In this document: one piece after another, positions 41,345 to 51,999 of the stretch
How the letters are laid out: the number at the start of each line of letters is the position of its first letter
How positions within the stretch are numbered: position 1 is the first letter of the stretch
Assembly: GCF_964204645.1 (NCBI RefSeq)
Contig: NC_134029.1
Location: forward strand, 16,858,950 to 16,922,949
DNA: 64,000 bases
From: Tubulanus polymorphus
Lineage: Eukaryota > Animalia > Nemertea
Direction: 5' to 3'
Translations under genes and position numbers: made by a program
Notes under the pieces: generated by a model
Seen by the model: the letters and a program-made list of their open reading frames with translations, nothing else
What the model was told of the DNA's origin: nothing
Databases searched by the model: none

Positions 41345-41710
41345 CAGATCAAAGGTAATTTTTGCTGCAGATTCTGAGTCCTGTAGCTTGTGCCATTTCC
41401 TATTGACATTTATTTTGTGATAGTTAGGTATGCTTTGGGAAGGGATCTTAAACATATGAGACAGGTTATTCGATCAGTCAATTTTTACGCGATTGGCGTC
41501 CATCACCAGGGGGCATTGAATAGCGAGATAACAAGGTATGATTGTGGTTATCAATATATGTGGTAAGCACAATCATTAGCAGAGTTGTAGCTTATAGCAG
41601 TCTCTATGATTACCAGGTTTGTTCACCAAGCGGTGTTGAATATTGAAATTGTCAGATTGTCAAGCAGGAAGCATTTCATGGGCAGCGTCCCTGTCCCTGG
41701 ATCACTCTAG
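41345..41710 (+). mobile_element. Degenerate HINE remnant downstream of the CRTC stop
   Basis: ATTCTGAGTCCTGTAGCTT and CACCAGGGGGCATTGAATAG match the 154-bp-repeat HINE family. Confidence 0.6.
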
Positions 41711-43750
41711 GAGTAGGGCCAATCAGAATCAAGATGGCCATCAATTTGATACTTATTTCCGGCCTCGGCTCCAGGCCATATAGCTTCTACCATCAGGGTT
41801 TTTGCATCACATTAGGCATAGTGAAGTTCTTTGTATGTTCCCTCCCCCATATTGGATTCTGTGCAGTTCTATAGATGGGTTGTATAAGACACTAGAACTA
41901 TAAACTATGCCCGTGGCCTCAAATGTAAAATTGATGATGCTGCCCTTTATGATACTCATATGCTTAATGCATAGATTACAATTTATAACCCCTATCAGTT
42001 GCAAGGTCGTAGGTCATGACATGTTCTATGGTTATGGTGCAATACATTGGTTTGTGTGCCACCGGGTAACATTGAATATCGAAATTGTCGGATTGTCAAG
42101 TATTTCACCAGTTCCCGAGTGGGTATGGTATCGCTCTACTGTTTAAAGAAACTGGACTGCTTAACCAAATGTATATATTGGCTCCCCTGGTGGTTCTACT
42201 CTTCGAGTTGAACTGATGTTTCTGTCTCATCGAATATTTGAATTCATCGAGATTTACATTTTGCAATGTAAGCAGTTGAACGGACATTTACATTAAAGGT
42301 GTAGTGTGTTGTTTACAAAGTTGTATATAGAGTAACCAGTCACATTGAGAATAAGAGATAATGTCTACTAATGAACAGTACGATAGGGTTTGTTGTTTTA
42401 CCCAAGGATTTGTATAGTATTGTGTATAATTCAGTGGCAGTTTTTGTATATATTGTAAACCTATAGTGCTATTGATTATACCGAGTTGTTTTTAATTTTT
42501 CCTTCAAAAGGATTTCAAATGAATAGATAATTCTCGGTCGCGTAAATACCGGTACCGGTAATTATAACTGTAGGTCGTGTTAGGTTATTGATGATTGTGA
42601 AGTCTGTTGATAATTGTTTCAATTTTACCGCGGAGCTTATGAGAAAATGCTGTCCTTCGTAACTTCATTATAAAAGTTGTTTCTAGTGATGTGAAATTTG
42701 GATATAATGAAGCCGTTTTTTTATTTGTTGAATAAAAAAAGTTTATGTTGATGGCTGGTTTTCTCTCTCTCTCTATTTCTCATGTTTCTGCTATTATTGG
42801 TTGATAATTAATAATGTTTACATACGTGTTGTATCTGTAGAAACAACAATAAAAAACTAAATACAAACTTTCAAATTAATTCTTGTTTTTTAACGCTTTT
42901 TTTCATGGGAAATGGAGATATTAGTGTGGGAGCAAAAGTTAAAAGGCAGAAAATGACATCGGGTTCTTCATCGACAATCGTTTGAATTTCTAAAGTTAGC
43001 AAATAGGGAATTGGGATGCGTGAAACGATCTTTCTCCTTTTTAGATGTAAATGTACAATTTTAACATTATTGTAAAATATAATTAATAGTCCGTCTGATC
43101 AGGGACAAGGTGGACTCCAACCTACCTGGTCTGATTTTGGGATGTAGTGCAATATCCGCAGGAGTTCAATGAATTAGCGCATGGACGTATAAACTAGTTT
43201 ATACGTGCATGATTAGAGAAAGTCCATAGAAGAGCAACCATTGTTGGAGCCATTTAGACTATGAAGAAAATTTGGAGTGGCCCTTGATTCGCTGGTTTTC
43301 AATAAACGATTTCGATAAAAGTCCAGATTTTAGCAGCAAATTATTGCCTGCCGGGGCTTTGAAGTCCCACTTGGAAAACATGATACATGTATCCACTATA
43401 ATATCCAGAAATCGTCTCCCATTTACAGGGTGTTTCAGAAAATATGTTACCGAAGTTATAAGATTAATTATTCATTAACTATAAGCCAAACTATCGTAGT
43501 TGGTTTTTGGGGGTAAGGTTGATCTGGATGTTTCCTTGAGGATGGAATGTTGTAATGCATGGCGTAGCACTAGCGTGTTTTTTAATAGCTATGTAAAATT
43601 GAGTCGAACCAAAAACATGAGATTTAAGGACTGTCCAATCGTGGACGTTTAATGATAAATGACCGGCTGCCATTTGAGATATGAGAATCAACTGAGACAG
43701 ATTCTCTTTATTAATTATAAGAAGCCTCAGAACATGTTCAATATTTTAAT

Positions 43751-43800
43751 AGATAATCGCCCGAATTTCCCTCCACGGTTTTCGCTCACAAAATCTCATT
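43751..43800 (+). repeat. Displaced left edge of the 5S rDNA spacer
   Basis: AGATAATCGCCCGAATTTCCCTCCACGGTTTTCGCTCACAAAATCTCATT matches the spacer, which resumes exactly at 50561 (TTACTCATACCAG). Confidence 0.9.
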
Positions 43801-44784
43801 TTTAGCCCACTTGGGACTTTAGTCCCAGCGGACTATTGCGTTCACTTTTCGTCCGTCGTCCGTCCGTCCGTAGACGGAATCCAGTTATTTTGGGAAGTTT
43901 TGAAGACGCTTCAAGGTAACGTTTTGATATTTGGGTTACACGTGTATCTACCCTAGACACATCTTCAGCCCAAAAACTGGCCCTGTCAGAATCAAGATGG
44001 CTGACTGGCAGCCATTGTTGTTCGCCAAAATCAGCACTTTTTACACATTTCTGAACTTTTTGAGGGAAATTTTGAAGACGCTTCGATCAATTACCTTGAT
44101 CTTTCGGATATATATGAATCCCCCCCAGGGCCCATCAACGAAACAAAAATTGGGTCGGTCAGACTCAAGATGGCCGTCCTATGACCTTTTTAGTGCCCAA
44201 AAATGTTAATTTTTGCCCGAATTCTGAGTCCTGTAGCTTCCTACTGGTTTACCATTTCTCATTGCAATTTGTGATGGGTATTCTTTGGAAAGGGATGTTT
44301 TATACCTCAGACAGGTATTTTTCATCAGCCAATTATGACGCAATTGGCGGCCATCTTGGTGTCACCAGTACTCATTCGTAAGTGGGAAAAAGTTTTTCCA
44401 CATTATATTGATACCTAAGCGTATTTTGCTACCACAATCAATTAGAAAGTTGTAGCTCATAACGTGTTCTATGATTGTGGTGAGTTTCAAGGTAATTGGA
44501 TTTCGTATATGGCCACCAGGGGGCGTTGAATAATACAATATCTTAGCATTTCTTTATTATATTTGTACCTATGAGTAATAGGGGTAATGGGCTTTCAGGT
44601 CAAAGGTCGAACGGTTGAGCTCATTAAAAAACAAAACATTAAAAGTAATTAAAAACTATAATATATTTTCATAACCGTGTGTATTTTATATTAAAAACTA
44701 AATATTTATTCTAAGATATCAATAATCTAAAAAGCATATTGTATTAAATCAATTGGTCGCGAATTTATTTTTCATTTTCTAGAA

Positions 44785-45003
44785 AAAGTGTGAGTAAAGT
44801 GTGAGTGAAATAATTCATATTTTAACAGATTTCGAGTAAAAATATAAGTAAAATAAATGGATAACTAAAAGAATATAAAAGTGTGAGTAAAGTGTGAGTG
44901 AAATAGTTTATATTTTAAACATATTTCAATATTTATATTTGTATGAGTTAGATTTTTAAACATTAAAGTGTGAGTAAAGTGTGAGTGAAATAATTCATAT
45001 TTA
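44785..45003 (+). repeat. Three subterminal (AAAGTGTGAGT)2-GAAATA boxes, mirrored at ~49628-49846
   Basis: Copies start at 44785, 44878 and 44965. Confidence 0.9.
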
Positions 45004-45065
45004 AAACATTGAATATTTATATTTATATGTGTTGGATTCATTTTAATAAAAGTTTTGTTATTAAA

Positions 45066-45686
45066 ATGAAGACAGAAGAAGAAGAACCCAACTTTAAAAT
45101 CGAAATCAATGAAACCAATAAATCATTTTCACAGTTTTACATTAAAAATTATATTTCAGCAACAAATTTAGTGTCCGCAAGACATTATAAAATCGATAAT
45201 ATTACTATGATTAATCAAATATTATCAAATGAAACATATTTAATTATTGAACTAGTAGATACTTTTGATAATGGCGTTAAAAATCCTAAATTGTTCAATA
45301 CAGTTTTTAATTTTAAAGGAACTTTAGATGAAAACATAATTAATATTCTTAAAACTCCTTTCAATGAAAGAAATGATGATATAATACTTTCAAAAGATTA
45401 CAATGATTTGATTGACTTAAGAATTGAAAGAAGACAATTATATTATTTCAATTTTGATAATAAACAAATTATCTATAATGAGAATTCATCAAATATTGGA
45501 ATTCAATGTGAATTAGATAATGAAAAATCATTTAAAGATATTGCAGTTCAATGTAATTTAGATGATGAATTTAGAAAATTCAATCCTAATGAAAAAGTGC
45601 ATTGTTATTGCGGAGGTAAATATTTAAAATCACATAAATCAAAGCATTATGAAACAATTAAACATAAAAACTGGTGTGAAGAGTAA
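45066..45686 (+). CDS. Palindrome ORF1, 206 aa from the likely ATG; C-terminal CxC-x11-H-x5-H zinc-finger-like motif
   Basis: Long open frame in very AT-rich DNA; TAAAATG start context; VHCYCGGKYLKSHKSKHYETIKH. Confidence 0.7.
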   Translation: MKTEEEEPNFKIEINETNKSFSQFYIKNYISATNLVSARHYKIDNITMINQILSNETYLIIELVDTFDNGVKNPKLFNTVFNFKGTLDENIINILKTPFNERNDDIILSKDYNDLIDLRIERRQLYYFNFDNKQIIYNENSSNIGIQCELDNEKSFKDIAVQCNLDDEFRKFNPNEKVHCYCGGKYLKSHKSKHYETIKHKNWCEE

Positions 45687-45746
45687 CAATTCTACATTAT
45701 AATTATTGAATTGAGTTAAAAGATTTAAATATCTAATAGACTGTTA

Positions 45747-46192
45747 AAATGATAAATTGTTTGCCAGTTGAAATGTTAAATTGTTTGACAGTTGAAATGT
45801 TAAATTGTTTGACAGTTGAAATGTTAAATTGTTTGACAGTTGAAATGTTAAATTGTTTGACAGTTGAAATGATAAATTGTTTGACAGTTGAAATGATAAA
45901 TTGTTTGACAGTTGAAATGATAAATTGTTTGACAGTTGAAATGATAAATTGTTTGACAGTTGAAATGATAAATTGTTTGACAGTTGAAATGATAAATTGT
46001 TTGACAGTTGAAATGATAAATTGTTTGACAGTTGAAATGATAAATTGTTTGACAGTTGAAATGTTAAATTGTTTGACAGTTGAAATGATAAATTGTTTGA
46101 CAGTTGAAATGATAAATTGTTTGACAGTTGAAATGATAAATTGTTTGACAGTTGAAATGATAAATTGTTTGACTGTTGAAATGTTAAATTGT
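45747..46192 (+). repeat. 24-bp tandem array (AATGATAAATTGTTTGACAGTTGA), ~18.5 units, open as (MINCLTVE)n
   Basis: Directly visible; mirrored at ~48439-48884. Confidence 0.95.
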
Positions 46193-46273
46193 TATTCGAT
46201 TTGAAACATATAAAAGTTAAATATTTCTAAAATATCAAATATTTATCAATTTAATAATTTTTTTCTTAAATAA

Positions 46274-46492
46274 ATGGATGGTTTCATTCCAACTGGGAAA
46301 AGTGATTTGAAACATTATTTAGTTGCTGGAGGTTTAATATTAGCAGCATTATATTTTTACTATGAGAATATTTCAAAAGATTTGATGAATGAAAATAATA
46401 AATTGAGTAAAAAATTAAAGAAGTTAAATGGAAACAATCACAGAAATAGAAAGAATAAAAAAGTTAATTTAGAAAATGATTTAGAGGATTAA
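46274..46492 (+). CDS. Palindrome ORF2, 72 aa; single predicted TM helix and basic/coiled tail
   Basis: TAAATG start; hydrophobic YLVAGGLILAALYFYY. Confidence 0.6.
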   Translation: MDGFIPTGKSDLKHYLVAGGLILAALYFYYENISKDLMNENNKLSKKLKKLNGNNHRNRKNKKVNLENDLED

Positions 46493-46530
46493 AACAGCAT
46501 CTTTCAATTTCATATATTTTGACTATAAAA

Positions 46531-46833
46531 ATGAGTGAAAATATATTAAACTTATTACATCTAATATATAAAAATCAACAGAATATTAAATCAATTATTA
46601 TGCTTACAGGTTTATTTTCATTCTCAGTTTATAGTATAAAACAGTTGTTAGAATTCTATGATTGCTGTAAAATTAGATACACTGAATTAATAGAAAATAT
46701 GAATTATATTTCAGATAGATTGAATAATATTAAATGCTGTGAAATATGCAATAAAAGATATAAAAATTTAAAGAGTTTAAAAACTCATAAATATATTCAT
46801 GAACTTGATGAAAAATTATATGAATCAAAATAA
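46531..46833 (+). CDS. Palindrome ORF3, 100 aa; hydrophobic segment plus canonical C2H2 zinc finger
   Basis: AAAAATG start; CEICNKRYKNLKSLKTHKYIH = C-x2-C-x12-H-x3-H. Confidence 0.7.
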   Translation: MSENILNLLHLIYKNQQNIKSIIMLTGLFSFSVYSIKQLLEFYDCCKIRYTELIENMNYISDRLNNIKCCEICNKRYKNLKSLKTHKYIHELDEKLYESK

Positions 46834-47797
46834 GAAATCGACTGTTAAATTAGCTGAAAATATAAAATATATTAGTTGAAATGTATGAAAATGAGTAAAT
46901 TATATTTATGTTAAAAAAGGAAGGTTGAGGTATCAATGTATCAAATACGTATCAAATACGTATTAATGGTATTAAATACCATTAATACGTATTGATGGTA
47001 TTAAATACGTATTAATGGTATTAAATACATATTATGCTTTATTTCTGAAAATGAAGTAACAGAAGTAATTTATGTTTTAATTCATTCAAGTATGATATTT
47101 TAAATTCTTTACATTTGACTAGGATAATACAAGAGTGATATTAGTTAGTTGGCTTATTCAATAAGAGAAACAATGAAATAATACAAGAGTGATACTAACA
47201 GTTAAAGTTATTGAATTTCTTGTTAAATCTATTTGAATTCTTGTTAACCAATAGCGCGAATAGAAATCAAATAGATTTGAATAAAAAAACAATAATTTAA
47301 ATAAGTTAGTATTAGATAAAGTAACTTATTGTTTTTTTATTCAAATCTATTTGATTTCTATTCGCGCTATTGGTTAACAAGAATTGACTAGAATTCAAAT
47401 AGATTTAACAAGAAATTCAATAACTTTAACTGTTAGTATCACTCTTGTATTATTTCATTGTTTCTCTTATTGAATAAGCCAACTAACTAATATCACTCTT
47501 GTATTATCCTAGTCAAATGTAAAGAATTTAAAATATCATACTTGAATGAATTAAAACATAAATTACTTCTGTTACTTCATTTTCAGAAATAAAGCATAAT
47601 ATGTATTTAATACCATTAATACGTATTTAATACCATCAATACGTATTAATGGTATTTAATACCATTAATACATATTTGATACGTATTTGATACATTGATA
47701 CCTCAACCTTCCTTTTTTAACATAAATATAATTTACTCATTTTCATACATTTCAACTAATATATTTTATATTTTCAGCTAATTTAACAGTCGATTTC

Positions 47798-48100
47798 TTA
47801 TTTTGATTCATATAATTTTTCATCAAGTTCATGAATATATTTATGAGTTTTTAAACTCTTTAAATTTCTATATCTTTTATTGCATATTTCACAGCATTTA
47901 ATATTATTCAATCTATCTGAAATATAATTCATATTTTCTATTAATTCAGTGTATCTAATTTTACAGCAATCATAGAATTCTAACAACTGTTTTATACTAT
48001 AAACTGAGAATGAAAATAAACCTGTAAGCATAATAATTGATTTAATATTCTGTTGATTTTTATATATTAGATGTAATAAGTTTAATATATTTTCACTCAT
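47798..48100 (-). CDS. Mirror copy of ORF3 (one K/R difference)
   Basis: Inverted duplicate of 46531-46833. Confidence 0.7.
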   Translation of the reverse strand: MSENILNLLHLIYKNQQNIKSIIMLTGLFSFSVYSIKQLLEFYDCCKIRYTELIENMNYISDRLNNIKCCEICNKRYRNLKSLKTHKYIHELDEKLYESK

Positions 48101-48138
48101 TTTTATAGTCAAAATATATGAAATTGAAAGATGCTGTT

Positions 48139-48357
48139 TTAATCCTCTAAATCATTTTCTAAATTAACTTTTTTATTCTTTCTATTTCTGTGATTGTTTT
48201 CATTTAACTTCTTTAATTTTTTACTCAATTTATTATTTTCATTCATCAAATCTTTTGAAATATTCTCATAGTAAAAATATAATGCTGCTAATATTAAACC
48301 TCCAGCAACTAAATAATGTTTCAAATCACTTTTCCCAGTTGGAATGAAACCATCCAT
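48139..48357 (-). CDS. Mirror copy of ORF2 (one G/E difference)
   Basis: Inverted duplicate of 46274-46492. Confidence 0.6.
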   Translation of the reverse strand: MDGFIPTGKSDLKHYLVAGGLILAALYFYYENISKDLMNENNKLSKKLKKLNENNHRNRKNKKVNLENDLED

Positions 48358-48944
48358 TTATTTAAGAAAAAAATTATTAAATTGATAAATATTTGATATT
48401 TTAGAAATATTTAACTTTTATATGTTTCAAATCGAATAACAATTTAACATTTCAACAGTCAAACAATTTATCATTTCAACTGTCAAACAATTTATCATTT
48501 CAACTGTCAAACAATTTATCATTTCAACTGTCAAACAATTTATCATTTCAACTGTCAAACAATTTAACATTTCAACTGTCAAACAATTTATCATTTCAAC
48601 TGTCAAACAATTTATCATTTCAACTGTCAAACAATTTATCATTTCAACTGTCAAACAATTTATCATTTCAACTGTCAAACAATTTATCATTTCAACTGTC
48701 AAACAATTTATCATTTCAACTGTCAAACAATTTATCATTTCAACTGTCAAACAATTTATCATTTCAACTGTCAAACAATTTAACATTTCAACTGTCAAAC
48801 AATTTAACATTTCAACTGTCAAACAATTTAACATTTCAACTGTCAAACAATTTAACATTTCAACTGTCAAACAATTTATCATTTTAACAGTCTATTAGAT
48901 ATTTAAATCTTTTAACTCAATTCAATAATTATAATGTAGAATAG

Positions 48945-49565
48945 TTACTCTTTACACCAGTTTTTATGTTTAATTGTTTCATAATGCTTTGATTTATGTG
49001 ATTTTAAATATTTACCTCCGCAATAACAATGCACTTTTTCATTAGGATTGAATTTTCTAAATTCATCATCTAAATTACATTGAACTGCAATATCTTTAAA
49101 TGATTTTTCATTATCTAATTCACATTGAATACCAATATTTGATGAATTCTCATTATAGATAATTTGTTTATTATCAAAATTGAAATAATATAATTGTCTT
49201 CTTTCAATTCTTAAGTCAATCAAATCATTGTAATCTTTTGAAAGTATTATATCATCATTTCTTTCATTGAAAGGAGTTTTAAGAATATTAATTATGTTTT
49301 CATCTAAAGTTCCTTTAAAATTAAAAACTGTATTGAACAATTTAGGATTTTTAACGCCATTATCAAAAGTATCTACTAGTTCAATAATTAAATATGTTTC
49401 ATTTGATAATATTTGATTAATCATAGTAATATTATCGATTTTATAATGTCTTGCGGACACTAAATTTGTTGCTGAAATATAATTTTTAATGTAAAACTGT
49501 GAAAATGATTTATTGGTTTCATTGATTTCGATTTTAAAGTTGGGTTCTTCTTCTTCTGTCTTCAT
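48945..49565 (-). CDS. Mirror copy of ORF1 (one E/K difference)
   Basis: Inverted duplicate of 45066-45686. Confidence 0.7.
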   Translation of the reverse strand: MKTEEEEPNFKIEINETNKSFSQFYIKNYISATNLVSARHYKIDNITMINQILSNETYLIIELVDTFDNGVKNPKLFNTVFNFKGTLDENIINILKTPFNERNDDIILSKDYNDLIDLRIERRQLYYFNFDNKQIIYNENSSNIGIQCELDNEKSFKDIAVQCNLDDEFRKFNPNEKVHCYCGGKYLKSHKSKHYETIKHKNWCKE

Positions 49566-51083
49566 TTTAATTACAAAACTTTTATTAAAATGAATCCAAC
49601 ACATATAAATATAAATATTCAATGTTTTAAATATGAATTATTTCACTCACACTTTACTCACACTTTAATGTTTAAAAATCTAACTCATACAAATATAAAT
49701 ATTGAAATATGTTTAAAATATAAACTATTTCACTCACACTTTACTCACACTTTTATATTCTTTTAGTTATCCATTTATTTTACTTATATTTTTACTCGAA
49801 ATCTGTTAAAATATGAATTATTTCACTCACACTTTACTCACACTTTTTCTAGCGAGTAGAAAATGAAAAATAAATTCGCGACCAATTGATTTAATACAAT
49901 ATGCTTTTTAGATTATTGATATCTTAGAATAAATATTTAGTTTTTAATATAAAATACACACGGTTATGAAAATATATTATAGTTTTTAATTACTTTTAAT
50001 GTTTTGTTTTTTAATGAGCTCGACCGTTCGACCTTTGGCCTGAAATCCCATTACCCCTATTACTCCTATGCATATTTTGTAACCACAATCAATTGGAAAG
50101 TTGTAGCTCATGACATCATCTATGATTGTTGTGAGTTTTAAGGACATTAGTTTTTCTATATGGTCACCAGGGGGCGTTGAATAGTAGAATAACTTAGTAT
50201 TTCCTTATTATATTGGTACCTAGGCATACTTTGTTACCATGATCAATTGCAAAGTTGTAGTTCATGACATGTTCTATGATTGTGGTGAGGTTCGAGGTCA
50301 TTGGGTTTTGAATATGGTCACCAGGGGGCGTTGAATAGTAGAATGACTTAGTATTTCCATATTAAATTGGTAACGAGGCATATTTTGTTATCACAATCAA
50401 TTACAAAATCGTAGCTGCTGACATGTTCTATGATTGTGGTGAGTTTCAAGGTCGTTGGTTTTTGTAAATGGTCACCAGGGGGCGTTGAATATTGAAATTG
50501 TTAGATTGTTGAGCATTTGAAACCATTTCCCAAGTGGGCATGGTGTCGCTGGACCCCTAGTTACTCATACCAGTTTCAGTTCGAATAGCCAGTCATAACG
50601 CACAAACACTGGCGCACCGACAAATTCGACCTAACGCACTCTACCGTCAAACGATTGACGACTTTTATTCGGCGCTATAAAGTTGTAGTTGTTTGCAGTA
50701 GCCAAATTTAAGTTGACGAACTATTATTCAAATCGCTTTGGAGATTCTCGAAAATACTGTCTTTGAGTCGATTGGCTATTTCGTGCAGTTGTGACGTCAC
50801 AGATTGAGTTGCTAAGTAGCTGTCGTCGTAGTTTCTACCGTCCTTACACCGGTCGTTGGGCCACAACTCGCAAAAATGGTCGTCGCTTTTCATATACGAA
50901 GATATATGACAATGATTCCTGGTCAAGTTATCGCAATTTGTACGTTGGTGCGAGTAAAGCGTTTTAATTAGGAGGCGGTGAAGCTTAGAAGGTTTGTGCC
51001 GCAAATATGACTTATGAAATATGAAAAATAGACTTATACGATCTAATGAGATATTCAAAAGCGGTACATTTTTGAGTTTTATT

Positions 51084-51203
51084 GTCTACGGCCATACCAC
51101 GTTGAAAGCACCGGTTCTCGTCCGATCACCGGAGTTAAGCAACGTCGGGCCCGGTTAGTACTTGGATGGGTGACCGCCTGGGAATACCGGATGCTGTAGA
51201 CTT
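51084..51203 (+). rRNA. 5S rRNA copy 1
   Basis: GTCTACGGCCATACCACGTTGAAAGCACCGG...GCTGTAGAC followed by a T-run terminator; two variants vs the array consensus. Confidence 0.93.
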
Positions 51204-51879
51204 TTTCACCATTTTCATTAATCTTTTTCAAAAATTCACAATAACACGTTTCAAAAGCCGTTGTGCGTGTTTGTCATGTTTTTCGTCGTCACGAATGAGT
51301 GAAAAGATAATCGCCCGAATTTCCCTCCACGGTTTTCGCTCACAAAATCTCATTTTTACTCATACCAGTTTCAGTTCGAATAGCCAGTCATAACGCACAA
51401 ATACTGGCGCACCGACAAATTCGACCTAACGCATTCTACCGTCAAACGATTGACGACTTTTATTCGGCGCTATAAAGTTCTAGTTGTTTGCAGAAGCCAA
51501 ATTTAAGTGGACGAACTATTATTCAAATCGCATTGGAGATTCACGAAAATACTGTCTTTGAGTCGATTGGCTATTTCGTGCAGTTGTGACGTCACAGATT
51601 GAGTTGCTAAGTAGCTGTCGTCGTAGTTTCGACCGTCCTTACACCGGTCGTTGGGCCACAACTCGCAAAAAATGGTCGTCGCTTTTCATATACGAAGATA
51701 TATGACAATGATTCCTGGTCAAGTTATCGCAATTTGTACGTTGGTGGGAGTAAAGCGTTTTAATTAGGAGGCGGTGAAGCTTAGAAGGTTTGTGCCGCAA
51801 ATATGACTTATGAAATATGAAAAATAGACTAATACGATCTAATGAGATATTCAAAAGCGGTACATTTTTTAGTTTTGTT

Positions 51880-51999
51880 GTCTACGGCCATACCACGTTG
51901 AAAGCACCGGTTCTCGTCCGATCACCGAAGTTAAGCAACGTCGGGCCCGGTTAGTACCTGGATGGGTGTCCGCCTGGGAATACCGGGTGCTGTAGACTT
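51880..51999 (+). rRNA. 5S rRNA copy 2 (variant A)
   Basis: Full length; GTACCTGGATGGGTGTCC variant. Confidence 0.93.

Larger units (their letters stand above)
44574..50064. mobile_element. 5,491-bp fully palindromic (foldback) element; Polinton/Maverick-like non-autonomous derivative
   Basis: Termini AGTAATAGGGGTAATGGG...CCCATTACCCCTATTACT. CCTATG is duplicated at 44568-44573 and 50065-50070. ORF coordinates mirror exactly (paired coordinates sum to 94631). Loop at 47309-47321. Family assignment is inferred from termini, TSD and cargo. Confidence 0.85.
43801..50560 (+). mobile_element. HINE (154-bp-repeat family) inserted in a T-run of the 5S spacer and split by the 5.5-kb palindromic element
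   Basis: 5' TTTAGCCCACTTGGG...(GTCC)n and 3' CCCAAGTGGGC...GGACCCCTAG. Colinear with the 29901-31312 copy once 44574-50070 is removed. Confidence 0.9.

Noticed and set aside
37225-42860. Long CRTC 3' UTR ending at an AATAAA (~38532, 40344, 42731 or 42848)
   Set aside because: Several candidate signals in AT-rich DNA; cannot choose without transcript data.
44574-50064. Palindrome as an assembly or chimeric-read artefact
   Set aside because: The arms differ by substitutions and indels, a clean TSD is present, and the interrupted HINE continues correctly on both sides. Read-level confirmation is still advisable.
51204-51879. snRNA, SL RNA or tRNA gene linked in the 5S spacer
   Set aside because: No recognisable U1/U2/U5, SL or tRNA sequence on either strand by eye; an Rfam cmscan would be decisive.
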